From Candidatus Latescibacterota bacterium (lineage in GTDB: Bacteria > Latescibacterota > UBA2968), in NCBI GenBank assembly GCA_965207885.1, contig OZ242311.1:736001-800000 (forward strand): a stretch of 64,000 nt of DNA, given 5' to 3'. Numbering within the stretch: position 1 is the stretch's first letter; every line of letters begins with the position of its first letter. Position numbers and translations under genes: made by a program. The notes under the pieces are model-generated. The model ran no database searches and was not told the DNA's origin. It saw nothing but the letters and a program-made list of their open reading frames with translations. This document shows, one piece after another, positions 19,327 to 30,706 of this stretch.

Positions 19327-20658
19327 CTACACCATAACCTCCGGCGTCTCATTCGGCGAGCGGCCGTCGGAATTGTTGACCTTGGATCCGCTCGGTGCAG
19401 CGATGTGCCCCTCTGGCAAGAGGGGATCATTTGTTTCTTCCATCCATGTGTGCAATCGATGGCTCAGACCTTTCCGCACAGTTGCCATGTCTTCCCGGTC
19501 GATGATGTTGTGCGTTTCATCGGGGTCGAATATGAGGTCGTACAACATTTCCTGATCGCGCGGCAATTTTTCCCAGTTTTGATTGAGTAGGTACGCTTTT
19601 GTAGGTGTGTCATCTACGTTGGGCAATACGAGTTTGTCGCGGTTGTCGTATCGCCGGATATATTTGTATCTTTCGGTGCGGATGCTCCGCATGGGTTCGT
19701 ACGCGGCGTGATAGGTGACTTCTGAAAAGATTTCTTCCCGATGGCGGTCTTCGTTTATCAGAGGGTGCAGGGATTTTCCCTGTACGTGGTCGGGTGTTTC
19801 TATGCCGGCAGCGCGATATGCCGTGGGTAACAGGTCCATCAGGCTGACCATCGCGTTTATGACTTTTCCGCCTTCAAATCCGCCGGGTCCGCGTATGATG
19901 AGGTACACGCCGATGCCGTGGTCTGTCAGGTTGCACATGTTGCGCGGAAATTGCAGGCCGTGATCGGCAAAGCAGAATACGAGGGTGTTGTCGGATAGGC
20001 CGGTTTCTTCGAGTGCTGCGAGTACGTTGCCGTAGTGGTTGTCCATGATGCGCGCAGAGGCTTTGTAGTCGGCTGTGTCTGCCCGGGTTTCCGGTGTGTC
20101 GGGCAGGGGACGAGGTGGGGTGCAGTATTGTTCGCGTTCTGCGGGGTATTTGTCGGGTTCGGCACTGTGAAATGGTCGGTGCGTTTCGTTTAGGCCGAGG
20201 TTGAGGAAGAAGGGTTGTTGGGGTGCGTTTTTTATGAAATCCACGACGGCGTCCGCGGGTTCGATCCATTTGGGCTGTCCGGGGTAATTTGTGTCCAGTC
20301 CGGAGAGGATTTCGTCGTATCCAATGGTGTCCAGGTCCGGTGCGGTATGTTCCACGCCAGCGGTTGCGGTGAAATAGCCATGTGTCTTGAAGATGCGGGC
20401 TGCATGCCAGTCGTAATTCGTCATGGCAAAGCCGCGGTGTGCAAGGCCTGTCATGCCACAGGTGTGGGGGTACATGCCGGTTAAGAAGCTGGCTCTGCTG
20501 GGCGAACAGGTGGGGGCTGTGGCATACGCCCGCCGAAATAAGACGCCTTGTTCTGACAGTTGCTGCATGTGCGGCGTTGGTACGGCGTGTCCGTAGGGTT
20601 CAATATAGGTTCCGGTGTTGTGCGAGTGCATAAATAAGATGTTTGGTCGGTCGTTCAT
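19327..20658 (-). CDS. Sulfatase (sulfamidase-like)
   Basis: RPNILF, CSPSR, ETHRPF, ADHG. Confidence 0.9.
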   Translation of the reverse strand: MNDRPNILFMHSHNTGTYIEPYGHAVPTPHMQQLSEQGVLFRRAYATAPTCSPSRASFLTGMYPHTCGMTGLAHRGFAMTNYDWHAARIFKTHGYFTATAGVEHTAPDLDTIGYDEILSGLDTNYPGQPKWIEPADAVVDFIKNAPQQPFFLNLGLNETHRPFHSAEPDKYPAEREQYCTPPRPLPDTPETRADTADYKASARIMDNHYGNVLAALEETGLSDNTLVFCFADHGLQFPRNMCNLTDHGIGVYLIIRGPGGFEGGKVINAMVSLMDLLPTAYRAAGIETPDHVQGKSLHPLINEDRHREEIFSEVTYHAAYEPMRSIRTERYKYIRRYDNRDKLVLPNVDDTPTKAYLLNQNWEKLPRDQEMLYDLIFDPDETHNIIDREDMATVRKGLSHRLHTWMEETNDPLLPEGHIAAPSGSKVNNSDGRSPNETPEVMV

Positions 20659-20801
20659 GCAATCCTTCCTTGTGGTGGGGCTTGTTTGTTTATATCTTAA
20701 TCCGCCCATTGTAATGGATTTGTCGCGGAATTGAAATAGTTTTTTCACTTTTAACTTCACATCCTGAAAATTCAGGGCTATTTCGCAGGAGAATTGGATC
20801 A

Positions 20802-21416
20802 ATGAAGAAGGTTTTTATCTATTTGGATAATTCCAATATTTTTATTAGCGCACAAGAGGCCGCTGCAGAGCGTGAGGGGGAGGCCGCTCGCTCGCGCGTG
20901 CGTATTCATTTTCGCAATCTTCTCGCTCTGGCACATGCAGGCCGACCGATTGAGCGGGCGATAGCTGTTGGCTCTATTCCACCAGAGTTGCGTCAGATGT
21001 GGAATCGCCTCGAGAATGAGGATGTTGAGGTGCAGTTGTTGGAACGCGGGGCATTGCAGGGTAGCGAACAGGGCGTGGATCAAGTTTTGCAAACGATTAT
21101 GCTTCGAGATACTGTAGATTATAATGGCGTACCGGGCATTGCTGTTCTCCTTACCGGCGATGGTAGTGGCTTTGTCGATGGCGTTGGATTTCACGCGGAC
21201 ATAGAGCGCATGCATGGCAGGGGCTGGGATATAGAAGTGCTGTCTTGGCGTCACAGTTGCAACCGCCGCATGCGGGAATGGGCAGAGGAGAACGGAAAGT
21301 TTATCGCATTGGATGATTTCTACAATAGCATTACGTTCCTGGAAGGCGCGTGGCCGGGACAACCCGTTGCAGACCCGCGGTATGCAGAGCCATTGCAACT
21401 CGACTTGCGCTCATAA
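20802..21416 (+). CDS. NYN/LabA-like PIN-fold protein
   Basis: IYLDNSNIF, EQGVD, LLTGDG acidic motifs. Confidence 0.82.
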   Translation: MKKVFIYLDNSNIFISAQEAAAEREGEAARSRVRIHFRNLLALAHAGRPIERAIAVGSIPPELRQMWNRLENEDVEVQLLERGALQGSEQGVDQVLQTIMLRDTVDYNGVPGIAVLLTGDGSGFVDGVGFHADIERMHGRGWDIEVLSWRHSCNRRMREWAEENGKFIALDDFYNSITFLEGAWPGQPVADPRYAEPLQLDLRS

Positions 21417-21439
21417 AGAAAACGATCTCATCTCCCGTC

Positions 21440-21925
21440 ATGGATATTCACCCTCTTGTTACACACTTTCCCATTGTCTTGTTGGTCATTGGCGTTGTTT
21501 GTGATGCGATTGGCATATTGCGTCACCGCGATTTTTTTGTGCGAGTGGGGTTTTTGCTCTTTTCGCTCGGTGCTTTGACCGCGATTCCGGTCGCACTCAC
21601 AGGGGATAGTGCTGCCGAGGTTGCGCAACATATCGATGGTATTGCCGCAGATTTAGAGGTTCACGATACGCTGGGTACGGTCACCGCGTTTCTGGCTGTT
21701 GCGCTGGCACTGGTACGCACGCATTTTGTTTTGAAGAAGAAATTTGTCGGGTTTGTTCGCTATGTGTATCTCGTTTTTGGTCTTGTTACTGCGGGTCTGG
21801 TGTGCGCGGCGGGATATACGGGTGGATATCTGGTTTATTTTTACGGCGCTGGAACAGAGCCAGTCACGTCGCAGATTGAGTTGGAAAAGCGCGTGCCGCG
21901 AGTCGATAAATTTGAGAGCAGGTAG
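21440..21925 (+). CDS. DUF2231 membrane protein
   Basis: HPLVTHFPI, TM helices, GGYLVY..G. Confidence 0.8.
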   Translation: MDIHPLVTHFPIVLLVIGVVCDAIGILRHRDFFVRVGFLLFSLGALTAIPVALTGDSAAEVAQHIDGIAADLEVHDTLGTVTAFLAVALALVRTHFVLKKKFVGFVRYVYLVFGLVTAGLVCAAGYTGGYLVYFYGAGTEPVTSQIELEKRVPRVDKFESR

Positions 21926-21930
21926 AGACA

Positions 21931-22647
21931 ATGCCGATTTATCTCAAAAATCCGCACAGTATTCTGGCGGTGCTGAAAAAGCGTCCGCAGGATATTTTCG
22001 AGATTCGATTGCCTGCCAAACCGAGCGGTGATGCGTGGCGGACTGTGCGGGAACGGGCAGAGGAGATCGGTGTGCGCGTGTTTTTCGGGCGGGGCGAACA
22101 GGGGTCTGTGCGGCAGGGTCGGTCTCGTGGAGGAGACGCTGAAGCTGCGGTTAAAGAACATCCGGGTTGTGATCTCGCGGAGCTGTTTGCCGATAATGGG
22201 GGTCTTTTTTTGGCGCTGGATACGGTTCAGGATCCGCAAAATTTGGGGGCGGTTTTTCGCACGGCGGCTTTTTTTGGGGTGCGCGGTGTTTTGCTTAGTC
22301 GAGATCGTTCCGCTTCGATGACGGGCGCGGTTTACGATGTTGCTTCGGGGGGTGTCGAGTATGTTCCGTTTTCTGTTCAGACAAATTTGAGCCGGGCGTT
22401 GGATGTGGCGAAGGATGCGGGGTTGTGGGTTTTGGGGACTTCTGAGCATGCGGAGAAGGATCTGAGCGCGTTTTCGGCGGATCGCCCCTGGCTTCTGGTG
22501 CTGGGGAATGAGGAGAGCGGGATGCGACGCCTTACGCGCGATAAGTGCGACGAGGTATGCCGCATTGCCCCCCGCGGCGCTATCGGGTCTCTGAATGTGT
22601 CTGCCGCTGCCGCGATTTGTATGCATCATTTTACAAGGGATGAGTAA
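21931..22647 (+). CDS. TrmH/RlmB-family SPOUT RNA methyltransferase
   Basis: QDPQNLGAVFRTA, LVLGNEESG, SLNVSAAA. Confidence 0.9.
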   Translation: MPIYLKNPHSILAVLKKRPQDIFEIRLPAKPSGDAWRTVRERAEEIGVRVFFGRGEQGSVRQGRSRGGDAEAAVKEHPGCDLAELFADNGGLFLALDTVQDPQNLGAVFRTAAFFGVRGVLLSRDRSASMTGAVYDVASGGVEYVPFSVQTNLSRALDVAKDAGLWVLGTSEHAEKDLSAFSADRPWLLVLGNEESGMRRLTRDKCDEVCRIAPRGAIGSLNVSAAAAICMHHFTRDE

Positions 22648-22775
22648 TAACAGAGACGTATCCAATATGTAGGGGCGGGCCCCGTGCCCGCCCGTCATCG
22701 CGGCATGTTTTTGAGCCGCGATCCAGAAGGTTTTTATTTTCGATTGTACCATAAAACTCATAATAGGAGATTATA

Positions 22776-24203
22776 ATGCCAGATAACAGACCAAATATTT
22801 TACTTATTATGACGGATCAGCAGCGCGGCGATTGCCTGGGGATTGAGGGCCATCCCGTGTTGCAGACGCCCAATCTGGACTATATGGCTGCGTCGGGGGT
22901 GCGTTTTCGCCACGCTTATTCGGCTTGTCCGGTGTGTGTGCCGGCTCGCCGTACGGTGATTACGGGGCGCAAGCCGAGCAATCACGGTGCGCTTCAAAAT
23001 GCCCAGGCACCGCTGCCGTGGCCGACTTTGCCCGGGGTTTTGCGCGATGCGGGATATCGCACCCATCTTTCGGGCAAGGCCCACTGGGGTCCGCCTGCGA
23101 GGGAGTTGGGGTTTGATTCTGCGGAATGGGCAGATAGTCCGATTTCAGGGGTTGATAATGATTATCAGAAGTATGTGCGGGAGAATGGTGCGGCGTGGCA
23201 CCGGGCTTCCGATGCGCACGGGATGTATAGCAATGGTTTTCCAGGGCGTCCGTGGCATTTGGATGAGCATTTGCATTTTACGAACTGGTGTACGCAGAAG
23301 GGGCTGGAGTTTATCGATTCGCAAAGGGGGGATCAGCCGTGGTTTTTGGCGGTTAATTTTATCCATCCGCACCAGCCGGTTACGCCGCCTGCGCATTATT
23401 TTGATAAGTATATGGCGATGGATTTGCCCGAGCCTTATGTGGGGGATTGGGCGCGGGTTTTTGACGGTCCCGTGCGGGGGTTGCAGCCGGAGTGCTGGCG
23501 CTTGTGTCTGGATCCTCCGGTTATGAAGGCGACGCGCGCGGGTTATTACGGGTGTGTCGAACATATTGATCATCAGATTGCGCGTCTGGTGAGTGGTCGC
23601 GTGTTGCCGGATAATACGATTGTGGTGTTTGCTTCTGATCACGGAGAGATGCTGGGGGATCATCAGTGGCTGCGTAAGCGCAATCCCTTTGAGCCGTCTG
23701 CGCGGGTTCCGCTGTTGATGAAGTTTCCCGATGGTTTAGGGTTGCCGCAGGAGCAGGTGATCGAGCGTCCGGTTGAGTTGATGGATATTATGCCGACGTT
23801 GCTCGATGCGGTGGGGGTTCCGATTCCGGATACGGTGGATGGGGAGAGTGTTTTGCCGATTATTCGCGATTCACAAGCAGAATGGCGAGATTATGTGCAT
23901 GGCGAGTGCGCGAGTGTGCCTACGTCGAATAGCGGGATGCAATACGTGACGGATGGCAAGCGCAAGTTCGCGTATTTGCCCGGGCAGGGGCGGGAGTTGT
24001 TTTTCGATGTGGAAAATGATCCATGTGAGATGACCAATCTGGCGGATGATCCAGGGTGGGCGGATGAGATCGCAATGTGGCGGTCCCGTCTTATTGGGGA
24101 GCTGATCGGGTGCCCCGAGGGCTTTACTGATGGCGAACAGCTTCTGGTGAAAGACGGCCCAACTGCGGGGACGATTCCGGTTTGGGAAGGGTATGAAGGG
24201 TGA
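22776..24203 (+). CDS. Arylsulfatase/choline-sulfatase-like
   Basis: RPNILLIMTDQQR, CVPAR, SDHGEMLGDH. Confidence 0.92.
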   Translation: MPDNRPNILLIMTDQQRGDCLGIEGHPVLQTPNLDYMAASGVRFRHAYSACPVCVPARRTVITGRKPSNHGALQNAQAPLPWPTLPGVLRDAGYRTHLSGKAHWGPPARELGFDSAEWADSPISGVDNDYQKYVRENGAAWHRASDAHGMYSNGFPGRPWHLDEHLHFTNWCTQKGLEFIDSQRGDQPWFLAVNFIHPHQPVTPPAHYFDKYMAMDLPEPYVGDWARVFDGPVRGLQPECWRLCLDPPVMKATRAGYYGCVEHIDHQIARLVSGRVLPDNTIVVFASDHGEMLGDHQWLRKRNPFEPSARVPLLMKFPDGLGLPQEQVIERPVELMDIMPTLLDAVGVPIPDTVDGESVLPIIRDSQAEWRDYVHGECASVPTSNSGMQYVTDGKRKFAYLPGQGRELFFDVENDPCEMTNLADDPGWADEIAMWRSRLIGELIGCPEGFTDGEQLLVKDGPTAGTIPVWEGYEG

Positions 24204-24227
24204 AGCACTCGTCATCGCGGTATGTTT

Positions 24228-25799
24228 TTAGCCGCGATCCAGAAGGTTTTGCTTTTGCCTTAGATCCTTCCCAGTCATTTCATCGGGTTTTGGCAGGTTG
24301 AGGAGGGAGAGCAGGGTGGGGGCGACGTCGCGCAAGGTGCCGCCTTCGCGGAGTTTTCCCCTGTAGGTGGGGTCAGCGAGTACAAAGGGTACGGGGTTGG
24401 TGGTGTGTGCGGTGTGGGGTTCGCCGGTGTCGTAGTGGATCATTTGTTCGGCGTTGCCATGATCAGCGGTGACGATGGCTGCGCCGTTTGCGTTTTCTAT
24501 GGCTTGGAGGACGCGGTCCAGGCAGGTGTCAACTGTGGTGACGGCGTGTATGGCGGCTTTGAGGATGCCGGTGTGGCCCACCATGTCGGGGTTGGCGAAG
24601 TTGCATATTGCGGTGTCGTATTGGTTGGTTGCGATGGCCTCTGTGAATCGGTCTGCGATTTCAGGTGCGCTCATTTCGGGTTTGTGGTCGTAGGTGGGGA
24701 CGTCTTTGGGGGATGGTACGAGGATGCGTTCTTCTCCGTCAAAGGGCGTTTCTTGTTGGCCGTTAAAGAAGAAGGTGACGTGGGCGTATTTTTCTGTTTC
24801 TGCGATGCGTAGTTGTCGTTTGTTGGCCCGGGCGATGACCGATCCGCAGATGTTGGGCATGTTTTGCGAGAGGGTTTCGGGGGGGTAGGCGATGCCCGTG
24901 ACGGGTACGTCGGCTTCGTATCGGGTGAGGGTGGTGAAGTGGGTGTTGGGCCAGGTGTGGCGTTGAAAGCCGTCGAAGTTTTTGAGTGCAAAGGCGCGGG
25001 TGATTTGCCGGGGTCTGTCTCCTCGGAAGTTGAAGAAGATGACGCTGTCCCCGTCTTTTATGGTGGGGTTGCCAGCGATGGCGATGGGTTTGATGAATTC
25101 GTCGGTTTCACCGCGGTTATAGGCGTTTTGTATGGCTGTGATGGGATGGGTTTCTGTGATGCCTTTGCCCTGTGTGAGGAGGTCATAGGCGATTTGGGTG
25201 CGTTCCCAGCGGTGGTCGCGATCCATGGCGTAATACCGCCCGGATATGGAGGCTATGCGGCCTATGCCATGGGTTTTGAACATGGCGAGGAGCTCGCTCA
25301 TGCGGTGGATTGCGCTTTGGGGCGGTGTGTCGCGCCCATCTGTGAAGGCGTGGATATAGACGCGGTCTGAGGGGAGGCCGCGCTCGGCTGCCATTTTGAT
25401 GAGGCTCTCGTAGTGACTGGGCCAGGCGTGTACGCCGCCGTCAGAGACGAGGCCGATGAGATGGAGGTTGCGGTTGTGGTTTTTGATGCGGTCTATGGCG
25501 GCGATTAGAGCTTCGTTTTTGTACAGGCTGCCGTCTCGTATGCGGTCGTCGATCTGGGTCATGGCTTGCATGACGGTGCGTCCCGCACCGAGGTTGAGGT
25601 GCCCGACTTCGGAGTTGCCCATGAGTCCGTCGGGTAGTCCGACTGCGCGTCCAGAAGTGTTGAGGGTGGTGTGGGCGCAATTGGCCCAGATGCGGTCCAT
25701 TGTCGGGGTGCTGGCAAGGGCCACGGCGTTGTGGTCCCGGCGCGGGTTTATTCCCCAGCCGTCGAGGATGATGAGTGCGACAAAGCGTTGGTTGGTCAT
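24228..25799 (-). CDS. gpmI: 2,3-bisphosphoglycerate-independent phosphoglycerate mutase
   Basis: LIILDGWG, MGNSEVGH, GRYYAMDRD, AETEKYAHVTFFFNG, ADHGNAE. Confidence 0.96.
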   Translation of the reverse strand: MTNQRFVALIILDGWGINPRRDHNAVALASTPTMDRIWANCAHTTLNTSGRAVGLPDGLMGNSEVGHLNLGAGRTVMQAMTQIDDRIRDGSLYKNEALIAAIDRIKNHNRNLHLIGLVSDGGVHAWPSHYESLIKMAAERGLPSDRVYIHAFTDGRDTPPQSAIHRMSELLAMFKTHGIGRIASISGRYYAMDRDHRWERTQIAYDLLTQGKGITETHPITAIQNAYNRGETDEFIKPIAIAGNPTIKDGDSVIFFNFRGDRPRQITRAFALKNFDGFQRHTWPNTHFTTLTRYEADVPVTGIAYPPETLSQNMPNICGSVIARANKRQLRIAETEKYAHVTFFFNGQQETPFDGEERILVPSPKDVPTYDHKPEMSAPEIADRFTEAIATNQYDTAICNFANPDMVGHTGILKAAIHAVTTVDTCLDRVLQAIENANGAAIVTADHGNAEQMIHYDTGEPHTAHTTNPVPFVLADPTYRGKLREGGTLRDVAPTLLSLLNLPKPDEMTGKDLRQKQNLLDRG

Positions 25800-26004
25800 G
25801 GTGGTGTCAGTTGTCCGTTGTAGGGGCGAGGCATGCGTCATCGCGGCATGCTTAAAGCCGCGATCCAGAAATTTAACGAGAGAAAATATATATTCTTCCC
25901 AATCCAATCAAGTGCGAAGCGTACAAAAAGAGTTTGAAAATACGGGTTGTTGTGGTATTTTTCTCATCCTGTGCAATTAAATAACACGAAAAGAGGAACT
26001 GTTT

Positions 26005-28686
26005 ATGAGTCAAACGCATAATCCTTTGAATTCGCGCGATACACTTTCTACAATGGCGGGTGATCTCGCAATTTTTCGGCTGGATCGGTTGGAGGTTGAT
26101 GGGGTTGGGGCTGTGTCGAGTTTGCCGTTTTCCGTGCGGGTGCTGCTCGAGGCGGCACTGCGAAATCTGGATGGGTATCAGGTGCGGGAGGAAGATGTGG
26201 AGACGCTGGCGAATTGGAATGCGGCCAATCCCAATCCGATAGAGATACCGTTTAAGCCCGCGCGGGTGGTGTTGCAAGATTTTACGGGTGTGCCTTCGCT
26301 GGTGGATCTGGCGGCGTTGCGTTCGGCTATGGGGCGCATGGGGGGCGATGCAAGTCGGGTTGAGCCGTTGATTCCGGTGGATCTGGTTGTGGATCATTCG
26401 GTACAGGTGGATAGTTTTGCAAATTCGGATGCGTTGCGGAGAAATGCAGAGATCGAGTTTGAGCGCAATCGGGAGCGGTATGAGTTTTTGCGCTGGGGTG
26501 CGAATGCGTTTGAGAGTTTCAGGGTGGTGCCGCCGCTGACGGGTATTGTGCATCAGGTCAATCTCGAGTATCTGGCGAAGGGGGTTATTGCCCGGGATGG
26601 CGTGGCTTTTCCCGATAGTCTGGTGGGGGCAGATTCACATACGACGATGATTAATGGCCTGGGTGTGGTGGGCTGGGGTGTGGGGGGTATTGAGGCAGAG
26701 GCGGTGATGCTGGGGCAGCCGATTTATATGCTGACGCCCGAGGTTGTCGGGTTCAAATTGGATGGGCAGTTGCCCGAGGGTACGACGGCGACGGATTTGA
26801 CGTTGACGGTGGTTCAGATGTTGCGCGAGAAGGGCGTGGTGGATAAGTTTGTCGAGTTTTACGGCACGGGGTTGACGGGTATTGGGCTGGCAGATCGCGC
26901 GACGATTGCCAATATGGCGCCGGAATACGGGGCGACGATGGGGTTTTTCCCGGTGGATGATGAGACGTTGCGTTATCTGGCGCGTACGGGTCGCACGGCG
27001 GCAGAGGTGGATGTGGTTGAGCGGTATGCGAAGGAGCAGGGTTTGTTTCGTACAGATGATACGCCGGAGCCGCGGTTTACGGATACGCTTGAACTGGATT
27101 TGAGTACGGTGGAGCCGAGTTTGGCCGGTCCAAAACGGCCGCAGGATCGCATTGCGCTGGGGCAGATGAAGGATGCTTTTGAGGGCGCGTTGCGCGCACC
27201 CGTGGGCAATAGTGGTTTTGGGCTGGATGATGAGGCGGTTCAAAAGAGGACGAATGGCGCGCTCGGGCACGGGGCAGTGGTGATTGCGGCGATTACGAGT
27301 TGTACCAATACGAGCAATCCTTCTGTGATGGTGGCCGCTGGTTTGTTGGCGAAGAAGGCGGCGGAGAAGGGGTTGAAGGTTCACGCTCATGTGAAGACGA
27401 GTCTGGCGCCGGGTTCGCGCGTGGTGTCGGATTATCTCGATCAGGCGGGTTTGACGCCGTATCTGGAGCAGTTGGGTTTTCACACGGTGGGTTATGGCTG
27501 TACGACGTGTATTGGCAATAGCGGGCCGTTGCCCGATCCGGTGGTTGCCGCGATTCACGAGGATGATCTGGTTGCGGCGTCGGTGTTGAGTGGGAATCGC
27601 AATTTTGAAGGTCGCGTGCATCCGCATGTGAAGGCGAATTATCTGGCTTCGCCGCCGCTGGTTGTGGCTTATGCTCTGGCGGGGCGGGTGGATCTGGATT
27701 TGACTGCGGAGCCGATAGGGGTAGATAGGGATGGCAATGCGGTGTTTTTGCGCGATCTCTGGCCCAGTCAGGATGAGATTGGCAATACGATTGCACGGGC
27801 GCTGAAGCCGGATATGTTTGAGGCGCGTTATGGCAATGTGTTTGAGGGCAATGAGATGTGGAATGCGGTTGGCGGGCAAGAGGGGGATCTCTATGGGTGG
27901 CAGGCGGAGAGTACTTATGTGCAGGAGCCGCCGTTTTTTGTGGATTTGTCGCCGGAGTTAGACGCGATTACAGATATTAGAGGTGCGCGGGTGCTGGCGC
28001 AATTGGGCGATTCGGTGACGACGGATCACATTTCTCCGGCGGGTTCGATTGCGGTGGATAGCCCGGCGGGACAGTTTTTGATCGCTCGAGGGGTTGAGCC
28101 GAAGGATTTCAATTCTTATGGTTCGCGGCGGGGCAATCACGAGGTGATGATGCGGGGTACGTTTGCGAATATTCGCATTCGCAATTCGCTGGTGCCAGGG
28201 ACAGAGGGCGGTGTGACGGTGCATCTGCCTTCGGGTGAGCAGATGAGTATTTACGATGCGGCGATGCGGTATGTGGATGAGGACGTGCCGTCGATTGTGA
28301 TCGCGGGCGCGGAATACGGTTCGGGATCGTCGCGCGATTGGGCGGCTAAGGGTCCGTTACTTCTGGGCGTGCGCGCGGTGCTTGTGGAGAGTTTTGAGCG
28401 CATTCATCGCAGCAATCTGGTGGGTATGGGGGTGTTGCCGCTGGAGTTTGTGGATGGTGAGAGTGCCGAGTCGCTGGGGCTTACGGGGCGGGAGGTGTAC
28501 GATATTACGGGTTTGAGCGATGATTTGCAGCCTTTGCAAGATGTGGCGGTGACGGCGACGGATGAGGATGGGAATGTGAAGTCGTTTTCTGCGACGGTGC
28601 GTATCGATACGCCTGTGGAGATCGATTATTATCGCAATGGGGGGATTTTGCATACGGTGTTGCGGGGGTTTTTGAAGGATCAATAA
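26005..28686 (+). CDS. acnA: Aconitate hydratase A
   Basis: [52 protein letters not shown]. Confidence 0.97.
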   Translation: MSQTHNPLNSRDTLSTMAGDLAIFRLDRLEVDGVGAVSSLPFSVRVLLEAALRNLDGYQVREEDVETLANWNAANPNPIEIPFKPARVVLQDFTGVPSLVDLAALRSAMGRMGGDASRVEPLIPVDLVVDHSVQVDSFANSDALRRNAEIEFERNRERYEFLRWGANAFESFRVVPPLTGIVHQVNLEYLAKGVIARDGVAFPDSLVGADSHTTMINGLGVVGWGVGGIEAEAVMLGQPIYMLTPEVVGFKLDGQLPEGTTATDLTLTVVQMLREKGVVDKFVEFYGTGLTGIGLADRATIANMAPEYGATMGFFPVDDETLRYLARTGRTAAEVDVVERYAKEQGLFRTDDTPEPRFTDTLELDLSTVEPSLAGPKRPQDRIALGQMKDAFEGALRAPVGNSGFGLDDEAVQKRTNGALGHGAVVIAAITSCTNTSNPSVMVAAGLLAKKAAEKGLKVHAHVKTSLAPGSRVVSDYLDQAGLTPYLEQLGFHTVGYGCTTCIGNSGPLPDPVVAAIHEDDLVAASVLSGNRNFEGRVHPHVKANYLASPPLVVAYALAGRVDLDLTAEPIGVDRDGNAVFLRDLWPSQDEIGNTIARALKPDMFEARYGNVFEGNEMWNAVGGQEGDLYGWQAESTYVQEPPFFVDLSPELDAITDIRGARVLAQLGDSVTTDHISPAGSIAVDSPAGQFLIARGVEPKDFNSYGSRRGNHEVMMRGTFANIRIRNSLVPGTEGGVTVHLPSGEQMSIYDAAMRYVDEDVPSIVIAGAEYGSGSSRDWAAKGPLLLGVRAVLVESFERIHRSNLVGMGVLPLEFVDGESAESLGLTGREVYDITGLSDDLQPLQDVAVTATDEDGNVKSFSATVRIDTPVEIDYYRNGGILHTVLRGFLKDQ

Positions 28687-29273
28687 TGGAGATTGCAAAG
28701 ATGGAAACTGTCTTGCATTTTCAGCCGGTGATCGAGGTGAGTGATGAGGATTTTTATGCGTTTTGCCAACTCAATCGCGATGTTTGCATTGAGCGCAATG
28801 CGCAGGGAGATGTGATTATTATGCCACCAGCGGGGGGTGAGACGAGCGAGCGCAATGCAGAGATTACTATGCAGTTGCGGTTTTGGGCAAAAGGGGATGG
28901 TACGGGTGCGAGTTTTGATTCGTCAGGTGGATTTCAGTTGCCCAATGGGGCGGTGCGGTCGCCCGATGCCGCATGGATTGAATATACGCGGCTGATGGCA
29001 TTGTCTTCAGAAGACCGACGCAAGTTTGTTCCATTATGTCCCGATTTTGTCATTGAATTGCGGTCGGAAAGTGATCAGTTGGCCCCATTGCAGGAAAAGA
29101 TGCGGGAATATCTCGATAATGGCCTTAGTTTGGGGTGGTTGATTGATCCATATACACGGCGCGTTTATGTGTATCGCTCTGGATTGCCCATAGAGGAATT
29201 GGAGCAGCCTTCGCGCATTTCTGGCGATCCTGTTTTGCGGGGATTTGAGCTGGATCTGGATGAGATTTGGTGA
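28686..29273 (+). CDS. Uma2-family (DUF820) endonuclease-like protein
   Basis: RSPDAAW, PDFVIELRS, LGWLIDP. Confidence 0.9.
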   Translation: MEIAKMETVLHFQPVIEVSDEDFYAFCQLNRDVCIERNAQGDVIIMPPAGGETSERNAEITMQLRFWAKGDGTGASFDSSGGFQLPNGAVRSPDAAWIEYTRLMALSSEDRRKFVPLCPDFVIELRSESDQLAPLQEKMREYLDNGLSLGWLIDPYTRRVYVYRSGLPIEELEQPSRISGDPVLRGFELDLDEIW

Positions 29274-29325
29274 ATGGATACCCATTTAAAAAACCGAGTA
29301 CATTACAAAGATGTACTCGGTTTTT

Positions 29326-30690
29326 TTATTTTTGAAAATGCGCGTCCTGTTCTTTGCGTATTGTCCAGAGGGGGTCGTTGTCTTTGGGTTGTATCGCGCT
29401 TGCGGTGATGAATGCGCCAGCGGGGATGTCCTGGGTGAGGATATTGCCGTTGGCCATGTGGAAGGGGAGGGGGTTGTCGGGCGCGACAGGTAGCGCAGGG
29501 CGCATGAGGTATTCGATGTTTTTGCTGTGGTCGTTGCCGATCTGGTCGCCGGCTTTGAGGGGTTCTTTTGCACGGCCTACAACGTCGAAGGATGGGCGGT
29601 AGTCGGTGGTGCCCGTGGGCAGGTTTAAGAGGCCAGCGACGAGTGTTGTGATGGGTGTTTCGACGCCGCAGAGGTGATAGGGTCGGTAGATGAGGGCTGT
29701 GGTGCCTTTTTTGTTGGGGATGAGTCCTTTGGTGGTGAGGATGTGGCGGGAGTAGTCGTTTTCACAGGCGATGACGATGAAGACGCCGCCGCCCAGGCCG
29801 GGTTCGTTTGCCTGGCGCAGGCAGGAGACGCAGTCGATGACGCCGCGATGGGATAAGATGCCGCCGTCTTCTCTGGGCGCGAGGACTTCGGGTATTTCAA
29901 CGGTGCGGACTACGGGGGTGTGCAGGGTGTCTATATCGGGTATGAGGCCGGTGGCATTGGCGGCGATGGTGAGTTCGGTGACGTCATAACCGGCGATGGC
30001 GCCGAGTTCGCCCATGATTTGGCGGCGTTGTGCGATGTGAGCCGAGGGGTTTTGGGCAGAGAATATCCGTTCGTCGGGGATCTGGATTTTGCCTTTGGAC
30101 CAGACGATGGCGTTGGTTTGCGGGTCGTAAACGCGGTCGGAGTCCAGTGATTTGCCCCCGCAGAGGACTTCGAGGCCCAGGCTGCGCGCCCATTGCACGA
30201 GGCCCATGAGCAGGCCGTGCTGGTCGCCGTCAACAGCGGTATAGACGCGTCCGGCTTTGTCTGCGAGGTGTTTGAGGATGGGTCCGACGGTGACGTCGGT
30301 TTCTTTGGATACCATGGCGACGTGTTTGCCGTGTCGGATGGCTTCTATGCCGTGTTTTGCGCCTGCACTCGGGACGCCTGTGGATTCTACGATGACGTCG
30401 AGGGGCAGGTCCATCATTTGCATGGCGTCGGTGAGGATGACGTGTTTGCCCTGTTCTATGGCTTTGGTTGCCTGTTGGGTGGTGTCGCAGATGATGGTTT
30501 TGTCGGTGTCCAGGCCCGCGTGATGATATGCATTTTGGGCTGCGTCCGGGTTTGTGTCGCAGACGACGGGTACGTGGAGTTGATCGACGACGCGCGATTG
30601 CGTGACGAGGGCTGTGGCGTAGTGTCCGGTGCCGATGACGCCAACGCGTACGGTGCGGTCAATTTGGGCGAAGAGCTGGTGGTAGACCAT
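29326..30690 (-). CDS. Homoserine dehydrogenase-like oxidoreductase with C-terminal SAF domain
   Basis: GVIGTG, ETDVTVGP, DGDQHG, YRPYHLCGVET. Confidence 0.8.
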   Translation of the reverse strand: MVYHQLFAQIDRTVRVGVIGTGHYATALVTQSRVVDQLHVPVVCDTNPDAAQNAYHHAGLDTDKTIICDTTQQATKAIEQGKHVILTDAMQMMDLPLDVIVESTGVPSAGAKHGIEAIRHGKHVAMVSKETDVTVGPILKHLADKAGRVYTAVDGDQHGLLMGLVQWARSLGLEVLCGGKSLDSDRVYDPQTNAIVWSKGKIQIPDERIFSAQNPSAHIAQRRQIMGELGAIAGYDVTELTIAANATGLIPDIDTLHTPVVRTVEIPEVLAPREDGGILSHRGVIDCVSCLRQANEPGLGGGVFIVIACENDYSRHILTTKGLIPNKKGTTALIYRPYHLCGVETPITTLVAGLLNLPTGTTDYRPSFDVVGRAKEPLKAGDQIGNDHSKNIEYLMRPALPVAPDNPLPFHMANGNILTQDIPAGAFITASAIQPKDNDPLWTIRKEQDAHFQK

Positions 30691-30706
30691 GGTGGTTTCC
30701 CGGGGG

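Noticed and set aside
26635-27879. Long opposite-strand ORFs (also 32254-33393, 58003-59001, 21841-22761) and the frame-shifted 58481-59530
   Set aside because: They overlap well-supported genes, have no motifs, and have skew-driven His/Arg/Ile/Pro composition
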